A stretch of DNA of 58,920 bases, filler included, from Diploschistes diacapsis (GCA_023645945.1; 5 parts of 5 records of this genome joined end to end with filler, not necessarily neighbours in it), one strand, 5' to 3'; counted from the whole stretch's first letter, positions 1 to 11,090 are shown. Numbers and translations: made by a program. The notes: generated by a model not told the origin, from the letters alone.

Positions 1-379
1 TCAGGTCCACCGCCAGGTCCACCACCGCCAGGCCTGCCGGCGGCGGCGGCGGCGGCAGTGGTGGGGGCCGTGGGAACTTCAGACTCGTCCCGGCCCCGGC
101 CCCTGCTTCCCTTCCTCTTTCTTTTCCTCTTCCTCTTCCTCTTCCTCTTCCTCCTCCCCCTCCGCCAGCGTCCGGGGGCCACGGGGCGCTCTTTCTGGGC
201 CCCCCCGCCTTCCCACGCGTTTCGCTGCGCGCCGCGGCCGGGGCGGGTTGCGTGTGGGAGATTGTGGGCACGGCGCTGGTCGCGGCTTGGGGGGAAGGAA
301 AGGAGGAGGAGGAGGATGAGGAGGAGGATGATGACGACGTGAGGATGGGAGGACGGAGGAGGCGGATATAGAGGGGCAT
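1..379 (-). CDS. 5' end of a gene running off the window edge; possibly a Methyltransf_16-type protein methyltransferase with a low-complexity insert
   Basis: ATG at 379 in good context (AAGAAAC ATG), then 126 stop-free codons to the edge: MPLYIRLLRPP, poly-S, (GR)n, poly-P, AGLAVVDLAVDL. YIRLLRPP resembles an N-terminus I recall from fungal Methyltransf_16 proteins. Not in the ORF track because there is no stop. Confidence 0.4.
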   Translation of the reverse strand, partial: MPLYIRLLRPPILTSSSSSSSSSSSSFPSPQAATSAVPTISHTQPAPAAARSETRGKAGGPRKSAPWPPDAGGGGGGRGRGRGRGKERGREAGAGAGTSLKFPRPPPLPPPPPPAGLAVVDLAVDL

Positions 380-820
380 GTTTCTTGTGGATTTCGATAC
401 TTTTTGATTTTCCTTGTCTTTCTTGAGAGAGGGAAAGAGGGGGACAGGGGGAGAGGGGGGCCGCTTCTGCAAAGCGGAAAGGAGGGTTTGGGTTCTGGCT
501 AGCAAGTAGATTAAAATTTGAGATGGGTTTTGTTTGTTGCAACCTCTATCTGCTGCAAATCGCGTGATTCTTGAGTTTATAGACTGAAGTTTTCATATTG
601 GATGTAACGAACAGCTATTTTCAAGTACCGCAAGAAACTTTTCATGCACTAGAATAATTGCAAGCCGAAGAGGCTCCATCTCAAGCCTCCTCCCATCCTT
701 CCCGAACATCCTCCCCAGCTTCAAAAAGATCGTTAGCATCTTGCAAGATGAGTAATTTGCGCCGCTGGCCTAAAATGCATCTCTGCACTTGCTTCGAGCA
801 TTGTAGCGCACTTTTGATAC

Positions 821-2175
821 TCAGCAGTCTAGGATGGCCGACGCCCCGGGCTCGGAGCACACGTAAATCACATCATGGTTGTTGCTAAATCCGTTGAACC
901 TGGTCGCAGCGCAACGCGAGTAAGCACCCATCTCTTCAAAGTACAGCCAGTCGCCGATATCTAATAGTCGATCAAACACACATCTTTCCGTGATACGATC
1001 GATGCCATCGCATGTGGGGCCCCAGAGTGAGTACTCGACCGCATCCCGCCGAAGCTGCTGGTGACGTGCAGACAGAATTCGGGGCACAGGAGTCTGATGA
1101 TCGAAGATGACGCCCGAGAAGTTGCCATAGACGCCGTCGTTCAAATAGAGCATGTAGCTCGTGTCCGCCGTAACCGGGTTGTGTACGTCGCGGCGGGCGA
1201 TGACATTGCACGCAAGCGTATAGACGTTCGACACGAAATATCGACCGGGTTCTCCAATTATGCGAACGGAGGGCGGGAAGTGCGCCTCAAGTGCCTCATT
1301 TAGAGCGGCAGCCGCTACTTCAAAAAGTGGGCCGCACGTGAAGCCTCCTCCGATGTCGAGGGTCCTGAGGTTGTACCCAATGGCTGCAGCTTGATCGAAG
1401 ACCATACGAGAGTCACGAACGGCCTGAAGGAAGGAGTTTGGGTCAGAAGCCCCAGAGCCAACGTGGAAGCTGACACCAACGATGTTGAGGGAAAGGTCTT
1501 TGGCGAGCTTCAGAAGCCCTTCCGTGGAGCCCAAGGAGGCCCCAAACTTCAGACTCAGGCGACACAGGCTGGCGGAGTCATCGGTAAGGATGCGCAGAAA
1601 GAGCTCTGCGCCCGGAAAGAATTCCTTGACTTTGTACAATTCGTCGGCGTTGTCGAAGGTCATCTGTTTGACGCCCATCTTGGCTGCATGGCGAATGTGC
1701 GATATGGTCTTGCATGGTTGAGCATAAATGATGCGAGACGGATCAACGCCAAGCTCCAGCACGGAGTCAATCTCTGCCTTCGAAGCACAATCGAAACCGG
1801 TCCCAAGGGCGGCCAGGAGGCGAAGAATCTCCGGATCAGGGTTGCACTTGACAGCTACCGGACCAGTCAGCAACGCTCCAGCGGCAAGGGTCTGTTTCTC
1901 CAAGGCATACCATAGTGCGGCTTGACCCTCTTCAGATTCATCTTCCAGCGTAGGTGCTGACGGTAAACCTCGCCCATGTCGGCGACGAAGAAAGCCTCCT
2001 CTTCTCCAGCTTCGCAAGCATCCACATCGATGCTGCTAATCCTGCTCTTCAATGCATCGTGCACAATAGATCTTGCATTTTCTGCGCCATTGCTAATATT
2101 GTCCGGAAGATTATTACTCTTCAGAACAAATGGTGGACGATTATCGGTTGTAGTTGCAGTAAGCGACGGTGCCAT
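821..2175 (-). CDS. spe1: Ornithine decarboxylase (fold-type III PLP enzyme), 2 exons: 2175-1911, 1854-821
   Basis: A 56-nt GTATGC...GCTGAC...TAG intron (1910-1855) joins KPHY to AVKCN, restoring the PLP-lysine motif PHYAVKCN. Also GFDCAS, VGVSFHVGSG, DIGGGF, EPGRYFV, WGPTCDGID, MGAY. Confidence 0.97.
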
Positions 2176-2229
2176 GCCCTTGCTAGAAGAGCACGTAAGA
2201 GTTTTGATATCTGATACTCAAGAAGCCTG

Positions 2230-2463
2230 TTAAGGTGGCTTGAAAGTATCTCTTGCGACGCAAGCCCGACGAGATCGCCTCGACCCTTCCTCGGAAAGAG
2301 GAAGAACCACTAGGCTTGTCCTATGCGGCAGGTGGATGAGTGCGGCAACGACGGGAATCAGAAGCTCAAACACCGCGGGAGGGAAAGAGGCAACTCTGGG
2401 AGAGACAGGCAGCTGGGGGTGGAATGTCGTTGAGGGTATCTCGGTGTGGGCGTGTCGAGTGAT
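2230..2463 (-). promoter_or_regulatory. Non-AUG (AUC-initiated) upstream ORF, 77 aa ending FKPP-stop, in the ODC 5' leader (uCC-like)
   Basis: TTCAAA-ATC at 2463 opens 77 codons ending AAG CCA CCT TAA (2230), 54 nt before the ODC ATG. No ATG between the TATA box and the ODC start. Matches the described non-AUG uORFs of ODC-family mRNAs. Confidence 0.75.
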
Positions 2464-2555
2464 TTTGAAGGGAGAACAGTGTCAGGGCTTGGAAAGCCGT
2501 TTTGAAAGCTGGGGCAAAAGCTCTACAAGAGGATGAAGAGCAGCAGAAACCGGTC

Positions 2556-2603
2556 TTTTATAGCAGCTGAATAGGCGAACCCTATAACACACACGGTGAG
2601 TCA
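2556..2603 (-). promoter_or_regulatory. ODC core promoter: TATAAAA (2562-2556) and a Gcn4/CpcA-type TGACTCA (2603-2597)
   Basis: Exact motifs on the ODC sense strand, 34 nt apart, upstream of the leader. Confidence 0.55.
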
Positions 2604-2761
2604 ATGGGAAGCAGAAAGGCACAGCAGCACGTACACCACACCGTCTCTCTCAGGCGGCGCGTAGGTTATTTTTTCAAGAGTGTTGATGGTGGGGGAAGGG
2701 GGGGGCTGTGATGTGAGCAAGAGCGAGTCGGCAGGGCACGTCCACATATATATGTATGTGC

Positions 2762-2797
2762 AGTAGAAAGGTAGTAGAAAGGTAGTAGAAAGGTAGT
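2762..2797. repeat. (AGTAGAAAGGT)x3 tandem repeat
   Basis: Read directly. Confidence 0.85.
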
Positions 2798-3427
2798 CTA
2801 GGTAATGAGCAAGTTTCCGAGGCAGGTTTATAAGGCAAGAAGTTGGTGCTTCTGCTCCTGGTGGTGCGGGATTTATGGGTTTTTTCGTTTTTTCCTCTCT
2901 CTCTCTATGTAAATATGTAAATATGCGGACGAGTTATAGTATAGTAGCGAGGGGCAGCAACAAGGCTGACCGGGCAGGGGCGAAGAAGAACTTTCACTTT
3001 TCCACCTTCACCGCCACCCCTTTGATTCATCATCCACCATCATCATAATCCATCATCCACCATCCACCATCCACCATCATATCCACCAGACAGTCCCGCT
3101 GTAGACCGCTGTCCGTCCGTTCACGATTACTCATACACAAACAACATTATAGTGTGGGTGCAGGAGACGTCCTCGGCTTCATTATATCTATACCTATACC
3201 AAATACATTATCCGCGCCGAACTCGTCATCTTGTTCTCATTTATCATAATTCGTGCGCCCATTGCGCCCTCTCAAGAAACTGCAGTCGCCTTGATCGCTA
3301 GCAGCGAAATTAGTTCCGAGCCACCAAGGTAGAAGACGCCGAATCCCCCTCGCACCTGGACCCACAACGCCAACCCACGCCATGCAAAAAGCCACCACAT
3401 CGTATCTTCAAAGTGCTTGGAACACCC

Positions 3428-4762
3428 CTAAAAACCCTTTGTGTCTGGTGCCGGAGCCTCGGAAATTGTAGCCGGCGGAATAAGTGACTGCTCATGTGTG
3501 CCATCTGTATGTGACGAGCGTCCCGCGGCTAGCGGAGATGCCTCAAGCCCACGCTCATAGGCTACTTGCTGCGCCTCGTCCCGCTTGCGCTGCACCTCGG
3601 CTTCCTCCTCTTGTCGAACCTGCTCCTCCTCGTGATGGAGCTCCGCCATGCTTGGCAGGCCATGATCTTCATGCAGTTCCACTGACGGATCCCCAACGGC
3701 AGCGTCATCGCTTTCCGTACGGGTAACCACCGATGAAGGTGACTTTTCGCTTGATGCAACCGACTCTGTAACCGACATTGAAGGGGCCACCACTGAGCCA
3801 TGCTTTCTGGAGCTTCGGCCTGTGTGCGTTCTGGATAATGACGTTCGCCTCGTCCTCGAATGAGCCGTAGACTTTGACATCGACCGTGAAGACTTGGCTT
3901 TTCCCATCATGCCACTGCTGAAGTCGTCATTCGATGTGCTGCGCCTCGAGAGTGTTATGGCGAACTCGTCATCTAGCGGCACGGCGTCTGCGGCTTCGTC
4001 TTCACTTGGGAAGAGATCTCCCCGTGAGCTCAAGCTATTCATCGTACTCTGAGAGTTCACCGTTGCGCTTCGATTCCGTCTATGTCTCCTTTCACCGCCT
4101 TGCCTCTGATGTCTGCTTCTCTCATCCTCAGACTCTTCCAGCAACGCCGACGCCTCGGCATTATCCTCATCCTTTCTCGACTCGCCTGCCACGTCTTGCA
4201 AGCCTGCCGCGGAAGGTTTGTATCGTACGCCTCTGTTACCCAAATTCCATGGTAACCGCTCAAGAAATCCAAACATCGATGAGCCTGGAAGCAGTGTAGG
4301 ATCGCCCTCTCCACCTTTGCCCACGCCTGTACTCCTCCTCCTCCTTCTGCCTGCCCCTGTGCCATAGTTCATCTGATTCTGCCGTTTGGGCTGTTCGGCT
4401 CCGCTGCCGCCCGCCAGGAGCCGGTCTAGCTCGTCTGCCCCCCATCCGCTCAGTAGACCCGATTGTTCGGTTTCATCCTCTTCATCATCCCAGTCGGCAG
4501 TATAAAAGTCGAAGATGAACTCTGGCCTTCCTCGGTTGGCTGCTAACTGATTCCGCCGCTGCCGGGCGCGCACACGATCGCGACGGGCGCCGATACATGG
4601 ATAACAGGCGGACTCAAGACAGGAAGAGAAAGAATTGAGGCAGGGGGTAATATACCGTGCTGAGAAGGTGTAGAGTGAGGCTTGGGTATTCAATTGGGCG
4701 CTCTCAAAGGTGGAGGAGATGCGATCAAGGGTTTGCCGCACACGAGGGTCGTGGCGATTCAT
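3428..4762 (-). CDS. Conserved fungal hypothetical protein, 444 aa, largely disordered
   Basis: Long intronless ORF. MNRHDPRVRQTL N-terminus, FDFY..DW and GWG.DELDRLLAG blocks are typical of a Pezizomycotina hypothetical family. Confidence 0.85.
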   Translation of the reverse strand: MNRHDPRVRQTLDRISSTFESAQLNTQASLYTFSARYITPCLNSFSSCLESACYPCIGARRDRVRARQRRNQLAANRGRPEFIFDFYTADWDDEEDETEQSGLLSGWGADELDRLLAGGSGAEQPKRQNQMNYGTGAGRRRRRSTGVGKGGEGDPTLLPGSSMFGFLERLPWNLGNRGVRYKPSAAGLQDVAGESRKDEDNAEASALLEESEDERSRHQRQGGERRHRRNRSATVNSQSTMNSLSSRGDLFPSEDEAADAVPLDDEFAITLSRRSTSNDDFSSGMMGKAKSSRSMSKSTAHSRTRRTSLSRTHTGRSSRKHGSVVAPSMSVTESVASSEKSPSSVVTRTESDDAAVGDPSVELHEDHGLPSMAELHHEEEQVRQEEEAEVQRKRDEAQQVAYERGLEASPLAAGRSSHTDGTHEQSLIPPATISEAPAPDTKGF

Positions 4763-5569
4763 TATAGTATCCGGAAAGGGAAAATGTAGCTACTTCCGCT
4801 TTCCAAGTCAAGACGGTTTAATGTTGAGAGGTATTGCGTTTCTTCCCGATCCAGCTTGAGTTGTGGAAGGCCTTTTGGGCGAGGATTGAGAGGCGGCGCA
4901 AGACTTGGGTCTAGATGCGCAAGGCTGACAATGCAAGGAATAGCTCCGCATCACAAGAGCATTGCTCGCAACCTCGCCGCCATTTCGGCTTGGAGAAGGA
5001 TCGAAAACTGAGCGTTCCAATGTCTGGCATTGAATGTACAATGAATGAATTTGTGTAGAATGTGGGTAGGTTCAATGTCGACACCAAATAAAGGTGCTGG
5101 TTATTCTGACCGTTATCTTGGCAGTATGCAAACTCGGGTGTTAGACTTAGTAGTGGCGTAGTTAGCGGCGGGAGCAGCAAGCAAGATAAAATATATTTTG
5201 GGATTGCTCGTTTAGCAACACGATATAAGCAGCATTTAAAGCAGGATTTTTGGGTTAAAAAGAAGCGCAATATAAATCCTAAAGAATTATATAATGTTTA
5301 CTTTGGGTGGAGGGTATGTCAATTTCAATAGATACACATACAAATAAATCTTAGTAGTTCTGTATTGTCGAGGCACCTGAGCTTAGCGTCTGTAATCTAT
5401 TAAAATTAACAGTCATAATAACCGCTGCCCTAAATGGGCCGTAACAGCCATTTTCAAGAGCTACTGCGGCATTTAACGCAGCTTCTCTTTTGATTGGTTC
5501 GCTTATCTTAAGAAATGCTTTAGATAATTTAGGGCTATTCAAGTCTTTCTATCAACCTATATATATATA

Positions 5570-5679
5570 CAGTACTAGGCCAAAAGGAGTTAGGTACACC
5601 ATAAGCGGCAGTAAAGAGACAGTCAACTCTTTACTGCCGCTTATGGTGTACCTAACTAACTACTTTTGGCACCTGACTG
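5570..5679. mobile_element. 110-bp foldback MITE, Tc1/impala-like termini (TA|CAGT...ACTG|TA)
   Basis: Perfect 31-bp inverted repeat (5588-5618 / 5627-5657, 8-nt loop), extended by GCCAAAAG and terminal CAGT, flanked by TA-rich sequence. Confidence 0.75.
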
Positions 5680-6422
5680 TACATATATATAATACATCAT
5701 CCCCTGACATTCTCTTTATCCAATCCCAACTTTAATCCTCAAGACCATAGGGTACTCCTGAACATAACTATTCAGCAAACCACTATGGGTATTTATCAGC
5801 AAGTTGACCTTGTCCACAAGGTGCACTAAGTGTGAACCGCGACTTCTTTGTATCTGCCTCTCCAAAAGGGCGTGCATGCCTTTACACTCCTCCCTAAGAC
5901 TATGCTCTCTCGACGAAGTTGGCTTGCCAAAATCGAAGCAGGAGCAGCCTAACTACTTGCCCTCGTTGATGGACGATATGCTTCGGTTACTAACTCAACA
6001 TGATGCTTTTCGTCCCTGGCAGTATGGGTCCGATCCAGATAAGGTAAGTGGGCCGAGCTTCTCTCTTTGGATTTTCACCTGAGAGCAGGTGATTTTGCTC
6101 CGTTTCTATTTGTGGATGGGTTAGCTCTTGCATTCTTCGATATTAGAGTATAATAATAAAAAGCTTACCGCATCTCTTGAGTCGAGCATCAATGTACATC
6201 CAGTCTATGAATCAATTGAATGATTGGCACTCCATCTTGAGAAGCACCTTTCACACTACGAAACTCAAAGAGCCCTTTATTCTCTCTCAAAACTTCTTTC
6301 ATGCTGGACTGGTTCCATTTTTAATTTCGTTCAACTCTTGGTTCACATCCTTTTTCGCGAGCATCTCCTCCAGCCGAGCTTGCACTGTACCACTTTAGAT
6401 CTTGGTCGCATTGGCATTCGAC

Positions 6423-6941
6423 ATGCTTCTCGCCATCCTTCTCTGTCTAGCAGTTCTCCCACGGTCAATTCTCGCCGCGCCAATTAGCCTCGATGAGCGC
6501 CAGACTTCTCTGCTGGGAACGTTGACCGTCCAGAGCAGCCGCCAAGCGAACATTTACTTGCAGGTCGTTACGCAGCAGAATGGTCCTATGGAAATCATCG
6601 CACCCATGCAGGCATGGAGTCGGCAGTTTGAGGTTCTTCCGCTTGGTGGTGGTGGAGTGGCGGTGAAAATGCGCAGCAGTCCAGATCCAGCCATTGAACC
6701 TCTCCAAATGGAATACACCGTCGACCCTGGAATGAGCAAGGTGTTTTACGACGTGAGTACTATTGACGGAACTGGTGGATTCCCTCCAAACTGGACTTTG
6801 ACACCAGCACAAGTTTCCGACCCCGCCAACCCTACGTGCGTCGTCGTTGACATATCCGACGATTACTACGATGCCGGCGAAGGCAACGATGCTACTATGA
6901 GCTGTCACCTGAGCAACAACTTAACGCTTGTGCTGTATTGA
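6423..6941 (+). CDS. Small secreted protein (172 aa), Bys1/thaumatin-like
   Basis: Signal peptide MLLAILLCLAVLPRSILAAP, a pro-region ending ER, the QMEYT...VFYDVSTIDG motif, and a C-terminal DATMSC...NLTLVL with 2 mature Cys. Confidence 0.75.
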   Translation: MLLAILLCLAVLPRSILAAPISLDERQTSLLGTLTVQSSRQANIYLQVVTQQNGPMEIIAPMQAWSRQFEVLPLGGGGVAVKMRSSPDPAIEPLQMEYTVDPGMSKVFYDVSTIDGTGGFPPNWTLTPAQVSDPANPTCVVVDISDDYYDAGEGNDATMSCHLSNNLTLVLY

Positions 6942-8069
6942 GTTGTCAACAACGCTAGTCACCACATATCTGTGGCACCGTTTAATTCTAGACCATTTTT
7001 GGTGAGAGGATTTTTCGCGGCCGTTCATCTCTATCAGACGCCATATTCGCTTTTTGGACTGGGAACTTTCCCGGCTTCGACTATCATCGCTCTTTTCATG
7101 TGATATCTATCCTTGCAGCTGCTGCCATCCATAACCATATGCCGGCCGCTTTGTGAGATGATGTCAGACGCTCTTTGATGATGTATAACACGATATTGAC
7201 GACTGACGCGATACGGTATACGCTCCGGTCTGCCGATGGGCTCAAGCCAATCCGCTAATGCACACAGATTTTAAATGAAACGTCACTCGTTACTAGTGAT
7301 AGGGTGGCTGTTACGAGACCCCGAATCGGAAAGGAGGTGGTGTCCTTACTAGATCTTATCAACTGATTGCCTTCTCTTGGGAATGTTAGCGTCCATTACA
7401 GAAGGGGCCTCCTCATGCGATTATCGACTTTTAAGCTGGGGTTCAAAGGTGGTTTCCACTGTTGTACGTATGCCATGTCACACACGGATCAGAGGTTACG
7501 GCTCACAGCTTGGGGTCCTGAGCCGTTATATGGCTAGCGTGCAGTTACAGAACTATTCTACAACGTGCCACACTATCCTCGACAGTCATAATCATTCGTA
7601 TTTGGTCGCCCAAACTCTGGTAGATCTATTGGTGGATCCAGGAGGATACGTCTTTGCATGTTCATGCACTCGCAAGCTCTTAGACCGGCTTCATTAGCTG
7701 ACAATCACAATACTTGAACTGCAATACTATCTGCAAATAGTCTCGTGCTTTGAATTCGTAGCTATAGCGACAAGATACACATATACCAGTAGTCATTCGT
7801 TCATGAGCAACGTCTAAATCCGTACAAGTCTCAACAGGCATCAAATGTTCCGTCATTCTCCCTGGAGCTGCCTTTGTCAAGTCAATAGAGCTACATGGAC
7901 AACCAAGGACTATCGTCCAGTGTCCATAAGGCCAGCGGCGTGTGTCTTCCAGCACCAGAATCCCGTCCACGCCGTCTTTGATTCGAAGCTCCACAGCAAC
8001 AGCGGCCAGCAACCGGCTTGACAGATCTCGCCAATCATTCCTTCATAACCTCTGTCCCCACGTCGAAGT

Positions 8070-8442
8070 TCACGGACCATCCTTCGCGACGTCAGGAAAC
8101 TCGTTGGGGTCGCTCTTGTACTTGTCCCTGAGGAACTCTTGGATCTTCTCCGGGTGAGCTTCCCGAACGTCCGACTTGGAGGGGGCACTGCCGGAGCCGG
8201 TGCCGCTTTGATCGTGCGAGGACGTGGAATCCTGCCCGGTATCTGTTCCTTGGAGATAGCGCACTCCTGTCGGCTGCTGCATTAGTGTGCTGCTATCACG
8301 TTGTGGGACGCCCGTAGCAAAAGACGTCGGGTGTACCTGTGCTGACTACGTCGCCGAGGGCGCCCCCTTGCTGGCCCTCGCTCGAGCCTGAAGTGGTCGC
8401 GCTGGATATGATGGAGTTGGCGGTGTCTTTCACGGAGTCCAT
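8070..8442 (-). CDS. Small hydrophilic protein, 100 aa, 2 exons: 8442-8337, 8266-8070
   Basis: GTACAC...CTAAT...ACAG intron (8336-8267) gives an exact 303-nt CDS: MDSVKDTANSIISSATT...EKIQEFLRDKYKSDPNEFPDVAKDGP. Confidence 0.7.
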
Positions 8443-8967
8443 CGTTACCCAAGGCTGGTGCGAAGAATCGTGATCGGCGGAAGGAAGTGGATAATTACAC
8501 AGAATGCAGATTTATAATTGATATTGGGCAAAAACAAATTGTGCCTGCATTATATTTTATTCTATTCTACGTTGCCTTCATTGGTGATTATATGTAACAC
8601 ATTAATGTACTATAGAAAGTATAAGAGAGAGGGGATATAACACCACGTCAGTAGGCAGTTACCTTGTCTCAGTATATTTAATATAATATTATAATATGAT
8701 ATTGCTGATCACTAATAATAGCAATATAAGGAAACTAGCTCGCAGCTCTAATTAACTGATTGGTTATGTAGCTGACCAATTTATGGGAGGCGACTCCTCG
8801 GAAGTCCCTTGCCCTTTTTGGATATCAACATACTAAATGAGCCCACGTCTGATGTTTCCTCGCTTTCAGCTCAGCTCGCCCTCGTTCATCCATCGAAGAC
8901 GACGATACGAAAGGCCAGATCTTGAATACTCCAGTCTCCCTTTTCCCAAGCCCACACCTGCACAAAG

Positions 8968-11090
8968 ATGACCCTATCGCTCAGCAAGCGGCATCAAGCG
9001 CGCAATGAAAAGGCCTTACAGGAACTTATAAGTGATGTGCCAGGAAATGAACGTTGCGCAGATTGCCAGTTGCGCAATCCAGGTAAGATTGTCGATTCTT
9101 ATCACAGTGTTAGCCTCTAACAAGTCGTACAGGATGGGCTAGCTGGAGCGTGAGTGCACTCGTTTGGACGGAGAATCACTGAGCTGATTCAAAAGCAGCT
9201 AGGAATATTCTTATGCATGCGATGCGCCGCGTTTCATCGAAAATTGGGTACACATATTTCAAAAGTAAAGTCTTTGAGCATGGATAGCTGGTCGAACGAT
9301 CAAGTCGAGGCAAATATACCAATCACCTCTTTTGGTTGTACATTGACTTATTTGCGTTGCAGAACATGAAGAAGATGGGCAATACGAAATCAAACCTATA
9401 TTTTAACCCGAATGGTATAAAACCCTCAATACCGCTTGATGTCGACGAGGCCGACCCCGCAATGGAGCGCTTCATCAGGCAAAAGTACGAAAAAAAGGCC
9501 TACATGGCAGACGCCCCGCCGAAACTGCCCATAGAACCGATGCATGCCGAGAGTACAGGAAGCTCAGGCGATTACCCACCACCGCCTCCTCCAAAGCATG
9601 GACGTCGCTTCGGTTTTGGCCTTCGGTCTTCATCATCCGCCCTTGTTTTGGGCAGAAGCCAGGGGCCAAGAGAAAATTCACGAAAGGAAACAGATATAAC
9701 TTCCATACAAGTCAAGAAATCCTCCAACAAAGTCATCGGGGCAAGCATTGGCGTTACAGAGAGCGAGCAAGGCTTGGGGTGGAAATTGCTTCAACTGAAA
9801 GAGATGGGTTTCCAGGACGAGCAAAAGAATTCCAATATTTTGAAAGGCCTTGACGGAGATTTAGAACGGACAGTTGAGTCCTTGGTCAGATTGGGTGAGG
9901 GTACCAGGCCTGGTTCCATAAGGACACCAGCCTCATCCGAGTTTCCTGGTCGCCAACGGCCGCTCAGCCCACGCTTCACAGCCGGAGCAAGAGTAGTATC
10001 GGCACAAAACGCTTCTTATATTCCACATCCCAGCGCACCAGCCTCATCTTCGTCGAATAACCCATTTGACGTACTTGGGTCAGCAGCAAACCCTCAACAA
10101 TCCATTGAGTCTATATTTTCAAACATGAATGTCTCAACACAGCACACTCCGCAATCAACGCAAACATTGTTCCCACATGCTACTGGAGGCCACGCACGCA
10201 ATCCAATGCAGCAGACACAGATGGAGTCACAACATCCAATGCCACCACTAGAACCGCAAAGTTCCCAGCAGTTTCCACACCATACAAACCCGTACGCTCA
10301 ACAGCAGCAAACTAACAGTCCCTTTCTCCTATCACCGCAGCAAAATAACTTCATACAATCACCTACAAATCCATTTTCTTTGCGCCAATCGAACACTTCT
10401 CTACAAACCCCTTTCGACTACCAGCAAAATCCGAATAACCAAGTCCTTTTGCCATCGCAGGGACAATTCACTTCGCAGCAATTCTCGCAGCAATTCTCGC
10501 AGCAACTCCCACAGCAGCAGCAGCAGACACAGTCTTGGATGCAGCCTTCACAACTTGTCCAGCAGCAGGAGCATCTGCAATCTCCATACCAGCTCATAAG
10601 TCCGCCTCCTTTCCCACCAACTGCCCCACAGTCGTTCTATGCACCGCAATCTCCTTACGGACCTTTAAGCCCTTTGAACCTACAAAGCCCATATCAACAG
10701 CAGATGCCGCCGCTCAGCGCCCAGTCTACCGGAAGAATTGACAATGCTCGTATACTTGCGCTTTACAACCACCCTCAGTTAGCGCCCGCACCACCGGCTC
10801 CCAGCTCTCAAATATCCGATCAGACTAGCACAGACCTCGCGCCACAATCTCAAGCCGCGCAGACGCTTCAAGGCGCAAATGGTCCTCTACCGCGAAGCCC
10901 TCAGCGGAGCGTCACAATGCCAGTTTCTGCGTCTTGGAGTAAGAACCCATTCCTACCCGCAGGTGGCCCGCAGCAGCCCTCAGCAACTACCCGACCTGCT
11001 GGGCCATGGCCTGCGAGCCGAGAGAGCAGCGATAGCGGAAGGCAGAGTCCTGATGCGTTTGCAAGTTTGAGCGCAAGATATGTACGATGA
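8968..11090 (+). CDS. ArfGAP zinc-finger protein with UBA-like domain and Q/P-rich NPF-containing tail (Gts1-like); 4 exons
   Basis: [48 protein letters not shown] across 3 introns, FIRQKYE, UBA-like LKEMGF, several NPF motifs. Confidence 0.9.

Noticed and set aside
1855..1910. Frame change between the two ODC ORFs, suggesting an antizyme-like programmed frameshift
   Set aside because: Fully explained by a canonical 56-nt GT-AG intron that restores PHYAVKC
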